Shown here: in pieces, positions 60,916 through 64,000 of the stretch
How positions within the stretch are numbered: the first letter of the stretch is position 1
Layout: every line of letters begins with the position of its first letter
Assembly: GCA_023251075.1 (NCBI GenBank)
Contig: JAHEZM010000011.1
Span: 23,663 to 87,662, forward strand
DNA from: Flavobacteriales bacterium
GTDB taxonomy: Bacteria; Bacteroidota; Bacteroidia; Flavobacteriales_C; GCA-002722245
Length of the DNA stretch: 64,000 nucleotides
Direction of reading: 5' to 3'
The notes under the pieces: generated by a model
The model's database searches: none
What the model saw: the letters and a program-made list of their open reading frames with translations, nothing else
What the model was told of the DNA's origin: nothing
Translations under genes and position numbers: made by a program

Positions 60916-63657
60916 TTACTGTAAAGGGAAAATGTACAAGTTACCTTTGTTATCGCCTGCTATCATTTCAAAAGCTCCGTCTGCCTCTAAATCCTCCATC
61001 ACATAGGGAGAAGAAGCATCCATAGGAAATCCATCTATACTATTTCCTGAATTATCGATTAAGAATATTTTATTTTTCGAATAGTCGGAATAACCCATTC
61101 TGAATGTTTCTCCTTTTACGAAATCAAAATACAATTGATTTTTGGTATCTACTTCGCCCAGCTCTAAAGTGAAAAGCTCCGACTTGTTCATCTTATAAAC
61201 CTCCACCACATTGTTATCTAAAAAGATGACCTCATCACTTCCATCTTTGTTTACATCAAACAAATAAAATTTGTGGGATGCATCATAATTGTTAAACACC
61301 ACTTTTTGAGAAGTACCATCGAAATATAAAAAGTGTAAAGCTCCCTTTTCATCCGTATTTACTACCGCAGATTTTTCAAAGGTAGAAGCTTTGATGAAAG
61401 CACAATTATTGTTTTTAGATTTAGGAAGTTTTGCCTTTACTTTAAGTTTTTCTTCCCCTCTTCTTCCAATTACCTTTACATTTCCCTGAACATCTGCTAC
61501 CACTAAATAATCTTTTTGAGCAAAAGAAAAATACTCTACCGGTGTTATTATTTCTGCAGGCATCCCTGAAAAATCAAAGCCTTTAACCGCTCCGCCATTG
61601 ATATCAAAATTGAGTAATTTACCGTTGACAAAAGGAACTATAATTCTATAGTTTTTGCTCTTATCATAATCCAATAAAGTTAAGCCTGCACTTGCTTTCG
61701 ATTTAAATTGCACCGGAAATCCTTTCACGTCATTTCCATTTCTATCTACCAAACAAAGTTTGTTGGCCGTATTAAACAAGTACTGAAGTTTATTATTTCT
61801 ATAGCAATCTACCTGATGAATCACACCCAATATTTTTTCTCCAATTGGTTTTTTCCACAATATTTCTCCCGCTTTATTCAATAAATACAAATTAAAATTA
61901 TCGTCTTGTAAAATAATCTCTTTCTCTTTTGTTAAATGATTTACAACAATGATTGGTCGCATGGAGAAAGTGGTATCCAAATGCGTTTCAACCAATGAAG
62001 ACGATTTTTGAGTGGCTTTTGGATTGTATTTCAAATAAGCGTTAGAATTGTATAAATTACCATTCGAACTTAACTGATAACCGAAGGCCTCAAATTTCGC
62101 AATCGTGTCTATGTGTGGTTCTAAATCTTCATAAAAATCAAGATGAGAAAAAGTTTTATATAAATTTCCGGCTTTCTTAAAATTCAAATAAGTCATGATA
62201 TTGCTGCTTTCCGAAAACTGTTCCATGAACTGAATAAAATTCACATCCTTACTCAAAATTTTACCACCTAAGTAGGAATTAATGAAATGCTTCAATGCAC
62301 CCTGTTCGTTAGCAAAAACTACATATTCATCTACGATGATATAATAAGAATTTTGAACTGAAGAGCCTAAATTTCCAAAGATCGTAGGAAGTAATCCTGT
62401 AATTCCTAAATTCTCTATTTTGAATTTTTGAAATTCAATTAATTCTGCGGCAGGATTGGTTTTCGACTGAATATCTTTCAACTTGGCATCGGCTTGTTCT
62501 ATATCGGAAGTATGCAAAGCTAAAAAGGCCGATTCTTTAAAATTCTCTGCATTGGATTGGGTTAAAAACAAGCAAACTTCCTTATCCATCCACGAATAAA
62601 TATCTTCTTCCACATCAATCTCATACTTAGCAGAAATAGACGCTAAATCCTTTTCAAAATCAAACAAGCTTTTGGTAGCCGATAAATAATTTCGGTATCC
62701 TTTTCTGAATTTATCAAAATCCTCTACTCCGAAATTCAAGAAAAAGGAAGTGTTGTCGGGTAAGATATTCGTAACACCAATTTTTTGTGGTTTTTGATCG
62801 TTGAATAATTTCAAATAAGTATTCACGCTATCGGGTTCGTAAGCACAGCCCGTCATGGAAAAACCTTCTGGTCGAATTTTTACATCCGATTCGCTCCAAC
62901 TTCCAAAACCCGAAAACATTTTTAATTCTTTAGAAAATTCTTTATTCACTATTAAGCCCAACATATCAGGTAATTTCTGATAGTTGATAAAAATATTTGC
63001 ATCTGCTTTCGGATCGGCTGCTTTAAAAACTTTTACAAAAGAAGTGTTGCGTAAAAGTGGGGAACCATGTTTAATGGAACGTAAAGCATCTTCTACTAAA
63101 ATCGGACTTTCACTTACTACCAAAATAGAATTGGTTAATGCGATGGAATATTGTTCGCCATTCAACGAATTTGAATTTTGATAAATCGTAACATCCTCAT
63201 AATTTCTTGTAAAAACTTTAATGGAACTATCTCCATTGTTCATCATTTTCTGAAATTCATCCAACACTTTTTCATCTTTACACGGAAAGGAAAACAACAT
63301 ATTACACTGATTTACACCTGCCATGTGCAACGATAAAAATGCTGGTTCAGCCATAACCAATGGACGTAATTTAGGATTGGCCATAAACACTTTTTTGAAA
63401 CGAAACATTTGACTATCCAACTTAGCCACCACAGGTATGCCCGATACTTCTTTCCAAAACTGACCTTTAGATTTTATTACATCCCACTTATCAAAAGGAT
63501 TGCTCACGCGAATGATTAAACCCGCATTTTCAGGAATTGCATTTAAGGTTTGTTGAATTTCTTTTTCACTCTCGCTGGGAGTATATAAAAAATAGCCTAC
63601 TACAGCGGCAACAGCCACTAAAACAACAATTAAGATAAAGCCAACTTTTTTCGACAT
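60916..63657 (-). CDS. membrane-anchored hypothetical protein with C-terminal beta-propeller-like repeats
   Basis: Single N-terminal TM (ILIVVLVAVAAVVGYFLY). The C-terminal third has repeated NxxGxxxxGFP blades (DRNGNDVKGFP, DINGGAVKGFD, DNSGNSIDGFP). Confidence 0.6.
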   Translation of the reverse strand: MSKKVGFILIVVLVAVAAVVGYFLYTPSESEKEIQQTLNAIPENAGLIIRVSNPFDKWDVIKSKGQFWKEVSGIPVVAKLDSQMFRFKKVFMANPKLRPLVMAEPAFLSLHMAGVNQCNMLFSFPCKDEKVLDEFQKMMNNGDSSIKVFTRNYEDVTIYQNSNSLNGEQYSIALTNSILVVSESPILVEDALRSIKHGSPLLRNTSFVKVFKAADPKADANIFINYQKLPDMLGLIVNKEFSKELKMFSGFGSWSESDVKIRPEGFSMTGCAYEPDSVNTYLKLFNDQKPQKIGVTNILPDNTSFFLNFGVEDFDKFRKGYRNYLSATKSLFDFEKDLASISAKYEIDVEEDIYSWMDKEVCLFLTQSNAENFKESAFLALHTSDIEQADAKLKDIQSKTNPAAELIEFQKFKIENLGITGLLPTIFGNLGSSVQNSYYIIVDEYVVFANEQGALKHFINSYLGGKILSKDVNFIQFMEQFSESSNIMTYLNFKKAGNLYKTFSHLDFYEDLEPHIDTIAKFEAFGYQLSSNGNLYNSNAYLKYNPKATQKSSSLVETHLDTTFSMRPIIVVNHLTKEKEIILQDDNFNLYLLNKAGEILWKKPIGEKILGVIHQVDCYRNNKLQYLFNTANKLCLVDRNGNDVKGFPVQFKSKASAGLTLLDYDKSKNYRIIVPFVNGKLLNFDINGGAVKGFDFSGMPAEIITPVEYFSFAQKDYLVVADVQGNVKVIGRRGEEKLKVKAKLPKSKNNNCAFIKASTFEKSAVVNTDEKGALHFLYFDGTSQKVVFNNYDASHKFYLFDVNKDGSDEVIFLDNNVVEVYKMNKSELFTLELGEVDTKNQLYFDFVKGETFRMGYSDYSKNKIFLIDNSGNSIDGFPMDASSPYVMEDLEADGAFEMIAGDNKGNLYIFPLQ

Positions 63658-63763
63658 ATCGAAATGAAAATAGTTGACACAAATGTATTTTAGAAGCGGG
63701 GTGATTTCCCTTTAAAAACCAATACTTATAAACAAAACACCGGTTAAAAAGCCATAGAAGAAT

Positions 63764-64000
63764 TTAAAAAAGGGAAAGTTGCTCTCCTGCAGGAAGCAAA
63801 GTAAAACTCATTCGGTGGTAAGAGCTAGCACCATGTTCTCTTATCGCTTTTCGATGAGCCATTGTAGGATACCCTTTATTTACGCGCCATCCATACATTG
63901 GGAACTCTTCATCCAATTGATGCATAAACAAATCTCTTTCCGTTTTTGCCAAAATAGAAGCAGCTGCAATACTTAAAAACTTACCATCTCCTTTAATTAC
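63764..64000 (-). CDS. rnhB: ribonuclease HII, 3' portion (5' end beyond the window)
   Basis: The reverse-strand frame reads ...[19 protein letters not shown]...[27 protein letters not shown], the conserved C-terminal half of RNase HII. Confidence 0.8.
   Translation of the reverse strand, partial: VIKGDGKFLSIAAASILAKTERDLFMHQLDEEFPMYGWRVNKGYPTMAHRKAIREHGASSYHRMSFTLLPAGEQLSLF

Overview
This window is an AT-rich chromosomal segment of a Bacteroidota genome. The phylum call rests on four T9SS type-A C-terminal sorting domains, one type-B gliding-motility C-terminal domain, a short 287-aa primary sigma factor, and the absence of Shine-Dalgarno sites. Most of the segment is core housekeeping: hemE, pgi, acnA, rpoD/sigA, obg, adk, purK-purE, rpsF-rpsR-rplI, dnaX, recG, ahcY, aroB-aroA and the 3' end of rnhB. 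Secreted and outer-membrane proteins are interspersed among them: a GH18 chitinase with a CBM6 domain, two tandem T9SS cargo paralogs, a leucine-rich-repeat protein, large outer-membrane beta-barrel proteins and glycosyltransferases. I found no rRNA, tRNA, CRISPR array, transposase or integrase. The main findings are: (1) dnaX is split at an A10 homopolymer, so the genome-encoded frame yields only a short gamma-like product and a -1 ribosomal shift or +1A transcriptional slip is needed for full-length tau; (2) periodic 7-bp NTTGAAC heptad arrays form a 72-bp palindrome in the adk-obg spacer and recur just upstream of purK; (3) a perfect 40-bp-arm inverted repeat sits downstream of acnA; (4) a small accessory islet carries a higB-higA toxin-antitoxin pair, a lysine-rich orphan gene and an XRE-family HTH gene with no start codon; (5) a 5-gene operon of unknown function combines a fructosamine-kinase-family protein, a SAM methyltransferase and two proteins with similar N-termini; (6) a 3-gene predicted envelope operon encodes a membrane-anchored beta-propeller protein, a 700-aa lipoprotein and an outer-membrane beta-barrel with thrombospondin type 3 repeats; (7) a 1163-aa protein whose N-terminal ~290 aa form a TraB/GumN domain, and a stand-alone AIR-synthase C-domain fragment.
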